A stretch of DNA of 64,000 bases from a virus (taxonomy: Duplodnaviria > Caudoviricetes): IMG/VR virus record IMGVR_UViG_3300044630_003601, positions 1,101 through 65,100 of that record; one strand, given 5' to 3'. This document shows positions 29,609-40,394 of the stretch, piece by piece. The notes under the pieces are model-generated. The model was not told the origin of the DNA. It worked only from the letters and a program-made list of their open reading frames with translations, and made no database searches. Position numbers and translations under genes: made by a program. Each line of letters opens with the position of its first letter. Within the stretch, counting starts at the first letter, position 1.

Positions 29609-30096
29609 GGAAATCATTACTTAGCGCCAGTATGAAGAAAGGGCTTCAAAGCGCAATTCAGGCTGAATTATACCAGTCTAACCTTTGGAAGCACTTAGCT
29701 AACCAATTGCAAAGATTAGGCTTTTTTGGAAGCCAAAAGTACTTTTTAGCTGAAAGCGCTGAAGAGTTAACCCATTACCAAATTATTGTTGAATTTATCA
29801 ATGATATGGGCGATGTTGCAAGTGTACCTTCTATTGAAGCCATTACCGATAAAGTAGAATCAATTGGGGATGCATTAGAGATAGGTTACGAAACCGAGCT
29901 TGATGTATTAAATCAGTACAAAAAGATCTATAAGCAAGCCGAAGAAGAAGATTGCGCAGTTGCTATATTCTTACAACAGTTTATTACTATTCAGGTAAAG
30001 GCTGTGGGTCAATATGGTGATTTATTGGCTAAATATAAAATAGCTGAAGAAACAAAAGAAATTTTGGAATTTGACCAACATATTGCAGACGTTTAA
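29602..30096 (+). CDS. ferritin-like protein
   Basis: 164 aa; IQAELY, G...YF..ES.EE..H....EF..D.G, E.E..V, D.A...FLQ.F..Q. Confidence 0.85.
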   Translation: MLGKSLLSASMKKGLQSAIQAELYQSNLWKHLANQLQRLGFFGSQKYFLAESAEELTHYQIIVEFINDMGDVASVPSIEAITDKVESIGDALEIGYETELDVLNQYKKIYKQAEEEDCAVAIFLQQFITIQVKAVGQYGDLLAKYKIAEETKEILEFDQHIADV

Positions 30097-30107
30097 TAAA
30101 TATACAC

Positions 30108-33100
30108 ATGGCTTGTAAGTACATCATTGACGGGGTAGAATATACGGAAAGTGAGTTAAAAGACTATCTTATTAAAGGTGGACTTGATAAGTTTGTAAAA
30201 GACGATATAATTGATTTATCAAAAATAAAACCAATAGGATATGCCGTACAAGAGCCAAGCGCAAGCAGCGTACTTCAACCTGAACAAAAAGAAGCTAGAG
30301 AAGCAAGGGGTGAACGTGGAGGAGTGGAACAAAGAAAGCAAAGGCAAAAAATTGCCGAAGAAGGTAAACAATCTAAAGGCGATGAAGAAGCCGTAAGGAT
30401 GCGTTCTCTCTATAAGCAGATTATAACAAGATCAACAGGGCTTACAGAAGAACAAAAGTCAATATTAAAAAATGATCCAAATGCACTTTATACGGTGCTG
30501 CCTATTGCTGAAAGTAAAAGAATAGCATTAGAATTAATTAAAGAAATGGGCGTAGCTGAAGCTGTAGCTGAAGCATCTAGCTCAACAACAACGCTTCAGC
30601 CAGTAGAAAGAACAATGATATTGGGTGCTGCTATGGATTATTATGCTAAATTAGGTAAAGAAAGCTTGCAGGATGGTGATATGGCAGCAGCGCAATCAGC
30701 AGCAAGAAAAGAAATAGATGCAAATGAAGAATTAAGATTAGTAGCTTCAACATTAGGCGAACTAGGAACGGCATATGGAAGAGCTATCAATGCATTTAAG
30801 GAAATATATAAATTATCAAGTTTAGCTCTAGAAAGAAAGCTTATAAAAGATGTTGAGGAATTAAATGAAGCAAGGTTGCAAGTAGCAACGGCAGACGCAA
30901 AAGAAATTAAAAAGATCATTAAAGAAGATGCATCTGATATAAAGGATGTAGCAAGCGAATTAACTAATGAAGAGGCTGAAATAAAATTAAATGCTTCTAA
31001 AAAGATTTCTGAATTAGAAAAACAAGTTGAAGATTTAAGAAATCAAATATTAGAAAGAGATAAAGCACAAAAGGGAACTAAAAAGAACCCTTTAAAAATA
31101 AGCAGAATAACTAATGATACAGAGTACGATAAAAGATTAAAAGATTTTAAACAAAGAGTTAGAAGTATTGCTTCTAAAGACGACTTAATTGATTTGACTT
31201 ATTTTGGTTTATATCATATAGAAAATGGAATAACAAAATTTGCAGATTGGTATAAAGAAATGTCAAAAGATTTTAAAGGTTTTAAAAACCAATTCAAAGA
31301 CATATATAATAATGTAACAGAAAAGTCTATAGAGAATGGTGCAGATATAAATTTATTTGATGACGAGGAAACAATACAATCAGTATTGGATGATTTTCAA
31401 CAAGAAACAGATGCTAAAAAAATAGCACAAGCAACAAAAAAATTAACTCAAGCAAAGCTACAAAAAGAAGAAGAAAATAATCCAGAAAAAGCAATTAAAA
31501 ATGCTCCATCATTAGCGGCCGAAAGGATTAGAAAAGATGCAGAAAAGAATTTAGGTATGCCATCTACTGAAGTAGAACAGACTTATTTAAAGAGATTAGT
31601 AAAAGTAGTAAATAGTAAGGCAAAAGAATATTACGCAAGCAAAAAGCAAGACGTTAAAAATATAAACGATATATTAGCATTTGCTATTGCTAATGGTAAA
31701 AGAGATTACGCTATATGGGAAAATACTCAAAAAGAATTAGAAGAACAAATAGACGCTGATGAAAAATTAACTGAAGATCAAAAAGAAGAAGTAAAAGACT
31801 TTTTGGAAGCTTATAGAGAAAGTATTTTTGATACATTACTTACAAAGAATCAAATATCAGAAGCAGTAAGAGAAAAGCTTATAGAAAATGGGTACTTTGT
31901 TGAAAAAATAATAAAAGGCAATCCTGTAAAATCAGTTGATTGGAATAAGATTATAGGTAATGCAAGTACATTAAAGGAAGCAAAAGAAAAAATAATCAAA
32001 TCAATAACAGATTTAGGATTTACAGAATCAGAAGCTAAAAGTGAAATTAATTCTATATTAGATTATTTTGATGCAAAGGTATCTGAGAAAAAAACACAGC
32101 AAATAAACAAGTATCTTCAAAAAGGTATTTTAAATAAAGTAAAAGGATTGGCGAAGAAAAAAGTTAAAAGAGGCAGTGTTGATAAACTAATTGATTTAAA
32201 CAAAAAAGGTTTGCTTGATGATGATAAAATAAAAGAAATACTTTCTGCGGAATTAGGTTTAGTAAAAATAACTGATGAGGATTTAAAAAATTTAAGAGAT
32301 TGGTCTAGCAAAGTGGATGACGAGAATACTCCTATTTTTATTAAAAAAGAGCTTGAAGAGAAAATACAATACTTATTTGATACAAAGTCTGGTAATATAG
32401 ATTATTTAGAAAATAGAGCAGCTAGCATGTCTAATAGATTATCTAGTGTAGTCAATCAAGTAATTAACTTGACAGGTTTCTTTCGTGCTTTATCTACATT
32501 ATCTACTGTGGCAGTTAAAACAGGTAAGCCAGTAAATGCGGCAAAAGTATTTTTAAAAGAGATTGGCAATGCAGCACAAGAAGCAAAAACCATACTTAAA
32601 GGAAGAGTTAGCAGAGGTAGTTCTTTTGATGATTTAGTAGGGTCTGCGTCAGGTCAGCCAAGAGTAAGATATTTAGAACAAGGTAAGGGTAAGTTTTTAG
32701 GAGGAAAATTTTTAGGCAAACCATTATATCTTGAAATTGGGGGTAAAAAAGTAGATTTAAACCCTATTAATTTAGGATACTCAAAGTTAAAATATATTTC
32801 AAGGTTATTAGAAAGTGCAGATACTATGGCATCTGGAGCTATATCTGGTCTTACTCAATTTAGAATAGCTACAAAAGAGATAAATAAATATTATCCAGAA
32901 TTAAGTGCAGCTCAAAGAAGCCAAAAAGTGTATGATATTTTATACAGTGTAGATAGAGCAACTGAATTGCCAAAGGCTATAAAAGATTTAAAAAATGCAG
33001 GGGTTCCAAATCCTACTCCAGCTGAAATAAATAGAACTATAAATGAAAGAGTTGAAAGAGCTAGAAGCGAAAGATTGGCAAATGATTTTTATAATCAAGC

Positions 33101-34682
33101 AAAATCATTGAATCTACTCTCGGAAGCAAAATTAAAATCAGATGGTATAGCTAATCCTACGGAAGATGAAATTTTAGCTCAATCTTATAAAACACTAGGT
33201 TCTACAGAGGCAGCTGATTTAGTCGCAAGAGGGGAAAGACAAGCGGCTAGAGAAACAGGTAAAATGACTACAAGAGGTATTACCTCAATTATTCTACTTC
33301 CGGTAGATATGATACAAAAAACCCTAAATTCTGGGTTACAAAGTAAGTCAAAAACTGTGTCTAAATTAGCAGCTGCGGGAGATGTTAGTTTTTCAATATT
33401 AATGCCATTTGCAAATTCAATCGCTAGATGGGCTGAAATGACTGCTGAATTATTTGCCCCGTATGGTATAGCAAAAGGAGCAGCTTATAAAATTGGAGCA
33501 AAATTAACTAGCAAAGAATCTAAAATATCAGCGGAAGAATATAGCGATCTAGGTGATGATTATTTAATAAGAGGCACTCAAGGTTTAGCTATGACATTAG
33601 CTATAATGTATGCGGTAGGAATGTTAAATGCAGCTGAAGATGAAGAACAAGAAGAATTAGGTAAATCATTTACTGGAACAGCAAAAGAAAAGCAATATGC
33701 TCAAGAAAGGGTACAAAGCGTGGGTAAGCCAAAGCAGTCGGTTAATATTTTAGGCAGAAATGTATCATTAGCCTTTTTGGGCAACCAAGGTCTAGCTATA
33801 GGTATGTATGCTGATTTCTTAAAATTACGAAGCAAAAAGAAGCTAGATGAAAACATGACGGAAAGAGGGGAACTTTTTATATCTGGATTAGCAGCAATGG
33901 AGGCATTTGGAAGTTATATTTTTGATGCTACCTATTTAAACACTGCAAAAAAATACGGAAGTGCTGCTTCATCTTTAGTTGAAATGAAGGAAGAGGGGTA
34001 TGCGCCAACACTAGGTAGATTAGCTGGGGGTATAATATCATCACAAATACCATTTAATAGATTGCAAGTGGAGGCGGCTACATTATTTAATCCAAAATCA
34101 CAATCATCAAAGGATTTTGGATCTAATTTATTAGCTCAAATGAGTATTACAAGAGCTTTTCAATCAAATCAGCCAAATTTTGACTATAGGGGGAGGGAGT
34201 ATGATTATGGGGATATATACGCAAATAGTGCAGACGGTATAGTAAAAATGTTTGGGAAAGCCAAATATGGGGATGAAATAGACGCATTTTTAAGTGAAAT
34301 AAACTTTGCAGCCACAGATGCATACAGAGAAACAAGAGATGAGGATAATTATAAGTTCTCAATATTGAATCCGGACGGAACGAAAAGGTTTATGACAAAT
34401 GATGAATATTACGAATTTAAGAAGAAAACAGCCAATTATTTTAATGAATACTTAAAGGCGGATTATAAAGACATTAAAAACGAGGTTGTAGATGAGGGTT
34501 CACTAACTGAAGCTCAAAAACAGATTGTTTCTCAGCTATTATCAGATGCAAAATCAAACGCATTTGTAGAAATACAAGAGTCAACCGGGTTTGAGGATGC
34601 TCAATATTTAAAACAATTAGAAAAGGAAAAGGCTAAAGCTCGGAAAGCTGTGTCCAAATTAAAAAAATACTACAAAAAATAG
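30108..34682 (+). CDS. very large internal virion/ejection protein
   Basis: 1524 aa helical protein ending the internal-protein module; no RNA polymerase catalytic motif seen. Confidence 0.6.
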   Translation: MACKYIIDGVEYTESELKDYLIKGGLDKFVKDDIIDLSKIKPIGYAVQEPSASSVLQPEQKEAREARGERGGVEQRKQRQKIAEEGKQSKGDEEAVRMRSLYKQIITRSTGLTEEQKSILKNDPNALYTVLPIAESKRIALELIKEMGVAEAVAEASSSTTTLQPVERTMILGAAMDYYAKLGKESLQDGDMAAAQSAARKEIDANEELRLVASTLGELGTAYGRAINAFKEIYKLSSLALERKLIKDVEELNEARLQVATADAKEIKKIIKEDASDIKDVASELTNEEAEIKLNASKKISELEKQVEDLRNQILERDKAQKGTKKNPLKISRITNDTEYDKRLKDFKQRVRSIASKDDLIDLTYFGLYHIENGITKFADWYKEMSKDFKGFKNQFKDIYNNVTEKSIENGADINLFDDEETIQSVLDDFQQETDAKKIAQATKKLTQAKLQKEEENNPEKAIKNAPSLAAERIRKDAEKNLGMPSTEVEQTYLKRLVKVVNSKAKEYYASKKQDVKNINDILAFAIANGKRDYAIWENTQKELEEQIDADEKLTEDQKEEVKDFLEAYRESIFDTLLTKNQISEAVREKLIENGYFVEKIIKGNPVKSVDWNKIIGNASTLKEAKEKIIKSITDLGFTESEAKSEINSILDYFDAKVSEKKTQQINKYLQKGILNKVKGLAKKKVKRGSVDKLIDLNKKGLLDDDKIKEILSAELGLVKITDEDLKNLRDWSSKVDDENTPIFIKKELEEKIQYLFDTKSGNIDYLENRAASMSNRLSSVVNQVINLTGFFRALSTLSTVAVKTGKPVNAAKVFLKEIGNAAQEAKTILKGRVSRGSSFDDLVGSASGQPRVRYLEQGKGKFLGGKFLGKPLYLEIGGKKVDLNPINLGYSKLKYISRLLESADTMASGAISGLTQFRIATKEINKYYPELSAAQRSQKVYDILYSVDRATELPKAIKDLKNAGVPNPTPAEINRTINERVERARSERLANDFYNQAKSLNLLSEAKLKSDGIANPTEDEILAQSYKTLGSTEAADLVARGERQAARETGKMTTRGITSIILLPVDMIQKTLNSGLQSKSKTVSKLAAAGDVSFSILMPFANSIARWAEMTAELFAPYGIAKGAAYKIGAKLTSKESKISAEEYSDLGDDYLIRGTQGLAMTLAIMYAVGMLNAAEDEEQEELGKSFTGTAKEKQYAQERVQSVGKPKQSVNILGRNVSLAFLGNQGLAIGMYADFLKLRSKKKLDENMTERGELFISGLAAMEAFGSYIFDATYLNTAKKYGSAASSLVEMKEEGYAPTLGRLAGGIISSQIPFNRLQVEAATLFNPKSQSSKDFGSNLLAQMSITRAFQSNQPNFDYRGREYDYGDIYANSADGIVKMFGKAKYGDEIDAFLSEINFAATDAYRETRDEDNYKFSILNPDGTKRFMTNDEYYEFKKKTANYFNEYLKADYKDIKNEVVDEGSLTEAQKQIVSQLLSDAKSNAFVEIQESTGFEDAQYLKQLEKEKAKARKAVSKLKKYYKK

Positions 34683-34694
34683 CCATAAATTTCT

Positions 34695-34702
34695 TATATT
34701 TG
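34695..34702 (+). promoter_or_regulatory. -7 box TATATTTG upstream of the fibre module
   Basis: Intergenic, 17 nt before ATG 34720. Confidence 0.7.
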
Positions 34703-34719
34703 ATGTAAAATTTAATACA

Positions 34720-35238
34720 ATGCCTTTAGTACCGAATTTTACAGCTAGCCAGTTTAGTGGCACACCATCGGTTATCACTTTAACAGATACAAGTACAGGC
34801 TCTGATGTTACTATTGCTAAGCGTAGAATTTATCTATTGCAAGCTAATGGTACTATGTTAGTGCCAGCTGGTACACTTACTACTTATATTGATTGGCCTT
34901 TAGCAAATACAAGTATTAGTTTAGATGTATTATCACAAGATAGTGCATTAAGTATTACTGTTCAATGGTTGACTTCTGCAAATGCGGTGGTTACATCAAA
35001 AACAACTTCATTCGCATTTACTGCATACAATGAAACTTTCTATTATGGATTAACAGAAAGTCAAGTAGCAAATTCAAATTTAAGCGCAAGTACGAATTGG
35101 TATCAAACTAAATTAATACTTAGAGTTGAAATTGATAGCGCAGATCAAGCAATTACATTTGCATCTGATATTTATTCAGCACAAGCTGCATTAAATAGAG
35201 CAACATATATTTCTACTAACCAATCATATTTCTTCTAA
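34720..35238 (+). CDS. putative tail hub/fibre-attachment protein with PKD/Ig-like N-terminus
   Basis: PNFTAS..SG.P..ITLTDTSTG PKD-like start. Confidence 0.5.
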   Translation: MPLVPNFTASQFSGTPSVITLTDTSTGSDVTIAKRRIYLLQANGTMLVPAGTLTTYIDWPLANTSISLDVLSQDSALSITVQWLTSANAVVTSKTTSFAFTAYNETFYYGLTESQVANSNLSASTNWYQTKLILRVEIDSADQAITFASDIYSAQAALNRATYISTNQSYFF

Positions 35239-35239
35239 T

Positions 35240-35773
35240 ATGTTAGATCCACAAACTGTAGTATCAATAGCGGAAATTTCGCAATACTTATGGAATGATT
35301 CTATTCCTAAGCAAAATGTATTTTTTAATGGAAGCGTTGATCCACGCAAAGCACAACAGCTTTACATGGAAAGAAAAGCTTTACAATATGGTATTGAAGA
35401 ATCATTATCAGGACTGCCGGGAACATCTAATTATGTTTATGCTCTTTGTGGTTCTAAATTACAATTAGCAATTGAAATATTAGGTAATGGCGGTGGCGGT
35501 GGTGGTGTAATACCGGGCGGTGGCGGAAACTTCAGCGTATTTGAATATTCATCTAACGCAGTTGAAAATTCTGTTACAATATACTTCCCAGAAGCAGTTG
35601 GAAAAAGATGCGTAAATGCATTTAGACAAGGTAATGATGTTGGTACTATACTAACAGCAGGTACCCCAACCGGAAATCAAGTTGTTTGGGATAAAGATTC
35701 GGCATCATTAACAGTTGCGTCAACAGTTCCTTTTTACAATCAAGAATTTATAAGGGTAGTTGTTCAACAATAA
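35240..35773 (+). CDS. putative fibre-attachment protein
   Basis: Helical domain, Gly linker and beta domain; directly upstream of fibre 1. Confidence 0.5.
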   Translation: MLDPQTVVSIAEISQYLWNDSIPKQNVFFNGSVDPRKAQQLYMERKALQYGIEESLSGLPGTSNYVYALCGSKLQLAIEILGNGGGGGGVIPGGGGNFSVFEYSSNAVENSVTIYFPEAVGKRCVNAFRQGNDVGTILTAGTPTGNQVVWDKDSASLTVASTVPFYNQEFIRVVVQQ

Positions 35774-35785
35774 AAAGTTTTTACA

Positions 35786-38700
35786 TTGGCAATACAGAAT
35801 TTAATAACAGGTGAATTTCAGATCAGGAAATTAAATGGAGTTCTTGTAGCTACCAATGGTATCGTTGATGCGGTTGGTAATATTACATCTGGAACATCTG
35901 GATCAAGTGGTACTAGCGGCACATCAGGCACAAGTGGAACTTCTGGTTTTGCTGGTACAAGTGCCATGTTAGTTTATACATTCATAGCAAATGAAGGTCA
36001 AACTACTTTTTTTATTCCTAGTGGATATGTTAATGGTATGCTTGGTGTATTTGTTAATGGTGTTAAATTATCACCATTAGATTTTACATCATTAGATGGT
36101 TTTAATGTAATTTTAAATACACCTGTTACCGTAGGGGATATTGTAGAAATAGATAATTTTGTTGCTAATTATGTTTCTACTTCAGGAACTTCTGGAACTT
36201 CTGGTATTTCTGGTTCTTCAGGTACTACTGGAACATCGGGTTCTTCTGGTACTTCAGGTACATCAGGTTCTTCTGGAACATCTGGAACATCGGGTTCTTC
36301 TGGAACAACTGGAACTTCAGGAACTTCAGGAACAGCAGGTTCTTCTGGTTTAAGTGGGGATAGATATTTTACTACATCCAACACTACATTTACTTTAGGT
36401 AATTCTGGAACTTTGATTGTAGGGACAAATTTATCATTTAGTCCTGCGCAATCAATAGTCATTGTTTACGATAATACAAACTTCCAAGAGTGTGAAGTTA
36501 TTTCATATAATTCAACAACTGGGCAATTGCAATTTGCAGAACCCAATAGAACAGTTGGTTCGGGTACTTATTCTAACTGGTCAGTTAACTTAGATGGTGC
36601 ATCAGGTACATCAGGAACTTCAGGTACATCAGGAACATCAGCGACTTCAGGTACATCTGGAACTTCAGGTAGTTCTGGTTCAAGTGCTACAAGCGGTACG
36701 GCTGGAACTTCTGGTAGCTCTGGCACAACCGGTACGTCTGGCACAACTGGGACCTCTGGAACTTCTGGTACATCAGGCACAACTGGGACATCTGGAACTT
36801 CTGCAACCGATGGCACAAGTGGCAGTTCTGGTACGACAGGAACTTCAGGTACGACAGGAACTTCAGGTACAACCGGCACTTCAGGTACGTCAGGTACATC
36901 AGGTACTTCTGCAATAGATGGCACTAGCGGTACTTCTGGCACAACCGGTACATCAGGAACTAGTGGCACTTCGGGGACGACTGGCACATCTGGTACAAGC
37001 GGAACGGCAGGTACATCAGGTATAAATGGTATGAATGGGGTTGCAGGGGGTCTTGTGTACTATCTAAATCAATCTTTAAATACAGATACTGCGTTTGGCA
37101 CTCCAACATATAAGCAATGGTCGTCAATTCCAACGGGAGGCGCAGAGCAATCGGTAGCATTAAATAATGTACCCAACAACACAAGAACTCTTATTGCTAC
37201 TTATGCGACTGATTCAGGAGTACCTAATGTCACCACAATACCTTCAGGTTTATGGGCGTGGACAACACATTTTGACATAAACCATAATTGTGATTTAGCG
37301 GTAGATGTTGAACTTTACAAATATACAACAGGCGGAGTATCAACACTTTTAGGTACTACTAACATAGATACTGAACCAGTATCGTCAAATACTATTAAAG
37401 AATTTTTTACTGATTTATTTTTAATATCACAATCTTTAAACGCTACCGATAGACTTTATTGCAAAATATATGTTCTGCATAATCATGGTGGGAATGCTAA
37501 TATAAATTTTTATACTGAAGGAATAAGTAATTACTCTTTTGCACAAACAACATTCAATCCACCAAGTGGTACGTCTGGTACTTCAGGTACTTCAGGAATA
37601 GATGGAACTTCTGGATCTAATGGTACAAGCGGTACTTCTGGCACATCTGGTACTTCAGGTACAAGCGGTACTTCAGGAACTTCAGGTGAAAATGGTACAA
37701 GCGGTAGTTCTGGAACTTCAGGTTCTAGCGGAACTACGGGTACTTCAGGAACAACAGGTACTTCAGGAACAACAGGGACTTCAGGTACATCAGGTGAAAA
37801 TGGTACAAATGGCACATCCGGGACAACAGGTACTTCTGGATCAAGTGGTACTTCTGGTTCTACAGGGACAAGCGGAACATCTGGTACTTCTGGTGCTACT
37901 GGTTCTACAGGGACAAGCGGAACTTCCGGGACGAGTGGAGCTACTGGTTCTACTGGTACAAGCGGAACTTCTGGAACAAGCGGAGTTACCGGGTCTAGTG
38001 GTACTTCTGGAACAAGTGGTGCTAATGGTGGTAATGGGACAAATGGTACATCAGGTACAAGTGGTGCTAATGGTACAAACGGAACTTCAGGAAGTAGTGG
38101 AGTATCTCCATCTGTATCAGGGTATTTACCTTTGACTGGTGGTACACTTACTGGACCGCTTGTTATCGGAACAACAGGTTTAGCAAATAGCCCTTCATTA
38201 AGAATAAACACTTCATCTTCTTTACCTTTTGTACATACTCAAGAAAATTTTGCAGCAAATCTTACAGCAGGCCAAAGAGCTATGATATTCTTTGGTAAAG
38301 AAGGTAGCACTAAGAATGCTGGTGCCATTGGGTATTATTGGGCAGCGGCAGCCTCTAATAATAATTTTATAACATTAGGACATTGGGGAAATGATGATCT
38401 TTTAAGAATATACGGGGACGCTGCAGTTCAAACAACTGGCTATTTAAGAACAGCGGGTGTCACTTCAAATACAGTATTATTTACAAGTGGAACAAGTAGT
38501 GTTGATTTTGGTAATGCTCTTGGACAAGGTACTGCAAGTAGAAGTACATTTTTTAGAGGCAATACAAATAATGTTTCTGTATGGTGGGGTGGTATTGATG
38601 CTAATGGGGCTAATATCCCATTTGGAGCAATAGACGCAGTAGCTGGTGAGTTTAATTTTTGGAGAAATAGTGGTGGACTTGGTGGTGGAACATGGACAAA

Positions 38701-40390
38701 TACTATGACCATGAATTCATCTGGTCTTACTATGAATTCAGGAAACTTTATTGGTAATTTAACAGGAACAGCAAGTTCTGCAACTTCTGCAACTTCTGCA
38801 ACATACTTAGGAAGCGGAGGGTATATTTTTAGAGGAGGATTTAGTGGTAATTGTAATACAGATTTTCAAAACACCCCAGCAGGAAGTTATAGATATAATG
38901 GAGACAATCCCTCTGATGTAAATAATCCGGGAGGTACTTGGTGGTTTATTGAAAACTTTAGACATAGTAACGCAAGTAATTTCTGGGGTACACAAGTAGC
39001 ATGGGGATGGGAAGATAATGCTAATAGATTAGCTACAAGAAATATTACTGGTAATAGTTTTGGAGGTTGGGTTTATTATATGAATACGGCAGCTTATCCA
39101 TTTGCTGCTAATATGAATCAGAATGTTAGAACTTCTGATTCACCAACATTTAGTTCAGTTTATACCAATGACTGGATTAGAATGAATACAATTTTAGGAT
39201 TGATTTGTCCGGGAACTAATAATGCTCAACTTTATGCAAATAATGGTTCATATGGGGCATGGAAAATAGAAGGTTCTAGAAATAGTTACGGTGGTATAGA
39301 AGTGGGAGGTTTAAGTAATGGAAATATTTCTTGGATGGTAAATCTAAGTTCAAACACAACTGGTTTCAATAATCATTCTTATGGGTGGCAGTTTTATTGG
39401 CAAAGTGGTATTTTATATGTTGGAAAAGCTACATATGGTGGAGGTACTATAGCTACTGTTTTTGATACTTCAAATTATACATCTTTTCTAGATGCCCCTA
39501 ATAAAGCAGGAACATCTTATTATCAGACAAATACATGGTTGCAGCTTAATGGAGAATATGGTCTATACTGTCCATCAATAAATAATGCTCACTTTTATCC
39601 AAATACTAGAAGCTATGGCGCATGGAAAGTATTAGGAGAAAGAAACGGATGGAGAGGATTACATTTTGGCGAAGGATCAGGAATAACGCTAATGATGAAT
39701 GAAGGCGAGTTTGGGTTTCATAGAGAAAGTGTAGGCTGGGTGGGTAGATTTACTAGCGGAAGATATTATGGGACATCTGATAATACTGTTAGTATATCAA
39801 GTGCGGTAGGTGGTGGTTATACATGGACAGGAATTCAATATTTTGAAACAAATAACGGAGGTAGATGCGGCAGCACAAATAGTGCAAAATTACAAGCTTA
39901 CTCATCAGGTAATAACTCAGCGTTTATGTCTTTTCATAAAGGCGGTTACTATGCTGTTAATATGGGTTTAGATGATGATAACGTACTTAGAATTGGAGGT
40001 TGGAGTGCAGGGGCTAATTTATTTCAAATGGACATGGCAGGCAACCTTACAATGGCTGGAAATATTTGCGCTTATTCTGATTCTAGAGTAAAAGAAAATG
40101 TAAAAACAATAGAAAATGCTTTATCAAAAGTATTAAACCTAAGAGGTGTAAGCTATAATAGAACTGACTCTGATGATAAAAATACACAAATTGGCGTAAT
40201 TGCTCAAGAAACTTTACCTATTGTTCCAGAGGTAGTTAATATGGATAACAACGGAATGTATAATGTTGCTTATGGAAATTTTGGTGGATTATTTATTGAA
40301 GCTTTCAAAGAACAACAAGCTGAAATTAAAGAACAAAAAGCTCAAATTCAAGAACTTAAAAAATTAGTTAACCAATTATTAAGTAAATAA
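35786..40390 (+). CDS. tail fibre 1: (Gly-Thr-Ser)n collagen-like blocks, globular domains, C-terminal peptidase S74 chaperone
   Basis: Four SGT blocks; YSDSRVKENV..IENAL.KV..LRGVSY...IGVIAQE....PEVV followed by a coiled coil. Confidence 0.88.
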   Translation: MAIQNLITGEFQIRKLNGVLVATNGIVDAVGNITSGTSGSSGTSGTSGTSGTSGFAGTSAMLVYTFIANEGQTTFFIPSGYVNGMLGVFVNGVKLSPLDFTSLDGFNVILNTPVTVGDIVEIDNFVANYVSTSGTSGTSGISGSSGTTGTSGSSGTSGTSGSSGTSGTSGSSGTTGTSGTSGTAGSSGLSGDRYFTTSNTTFTLGNSGTLIVGTNLSFSPAQSIVIVYDNTNFQECEVISYNSTTGQLQFAEPNRTVGSGTYSNWSVNLDGASGTSGTSGTSGTSATSGTSGTSGSSGSSATSGTAGTSGSSGTTGTSGTTGTSGTSGTSGTTGTSGTSATDGTSGSSGTTGTSGTTGTSGTTGTSGTSGTSGTSAIDGTSGTSGTTGTSGTSGTSGTTGTSGTSGTAGTSGINGMNGVAGGLVYYLNQSLNTDTAFGTPTYKQWSSIPTGGAEQSVALNNVPNNTRTLIATYATDSGVPNVTTIPSGLWAWTTHFDINHNCDLAVDVELYKYTTGGVSTLLGTTNIDTEPVSSNTIKEFFTDLFLISQSLNATDRLYCKIYVLHNHGGNANINFYTEGISNYSFAQTTFNPPSGTSGTSGTSGIDGTSGSNGTSGTSGTSGTSGTSGTSGTSGENGTSGSSGTSGSSGTTGTSGTTGTSGTTGTSGTSGENGTNGTSGTTGTSGSSGTSGSTGTSGTSGTSGATGSTGTSGTSGTSGATGSTGTSGTSGTSGVTGSSGTSGTSGANGGNGTNGTSGTSGANGTNGTSGSSGVSPSVSGYLPLTGGTLTGPLVIGTTGLANSPSLRINTSSSLPFVHTQENFAANLTAGQRAMIFFGKEGSTKNAGAIGYYWAAAASNNNFITLGHWGNDDLLRIYGDAAVQTTGYLRTAGVTSNTVLFTSGTSSVDFGNALGQGTASRSTFFRGNTNNVSVWWGGIDANGANIPFGAIDAVAGEFNFWRNSGGLGGGTWTNTMTMNSSGLTMNSGNFIGNLTGTASSATSATSATYLGSGGYIFRGGFSGNCNTDFQNTPAGSYRYNGDNPSDVNNPGGTWWFIENFRHSNASNFWGTQVAWGWEDNANRLATRNITGNSFGGWVYYMNTAAYPFAANMNQNVRTSDSPTFSSVYTNDWIRMNTILGLICPGTNNAQLYANNGSYGAWKIEGSRNSYGGIEVGGLSNGNISWMVNLSSNTTGFNNHSYGWQFYWQSGILYVGKATYGGGTIATVFDTSNYTSFLDAPNKAGTSYYQTNTWLQLNGEYGLYCPSINNAHFYPNTRSYGAWKVLGERNGWRGLHFGEGSGITLMMNEGEFGFHRESVGWVGRFTSGRYYGTSDNTVSISSAVGGGYTWTGIQYFETNNGGRCGSTNSAKLQAYSSGNNSAFMSFHKGGYYAVNMGLDDDNVLRIGGWSAGANLFQMDMAGNLTMAGNICAYSDSRVKENVKTIENALSKVLNLRGVSYNRTDSDDKNTQIGVIAQETLPIVPEVVNMDNNGMYNVAYGNFGGLFIEAFKEQQAEIKEQKAQIQELKKLVNQLLSK
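35888..38102 (+). repeat. 9-nt-period coding repeats (SGT/SGS/TGT triplets) in fibre 1
   Basis: Blocks at about 35888-35962, 36176-36357, 36596-37050 and 37565-38102; synonymous codons are diversified. Confidence 0.9.
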
Positions 40391-40394
40391 TACA

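Noticed and set aside
25295-34682. crAss-type virion RNA polymerase among the giant proteins
   Set aside because: No DxDxD catalytic motif in an RNAP-like context was seen, and host-type promoters precede the modules
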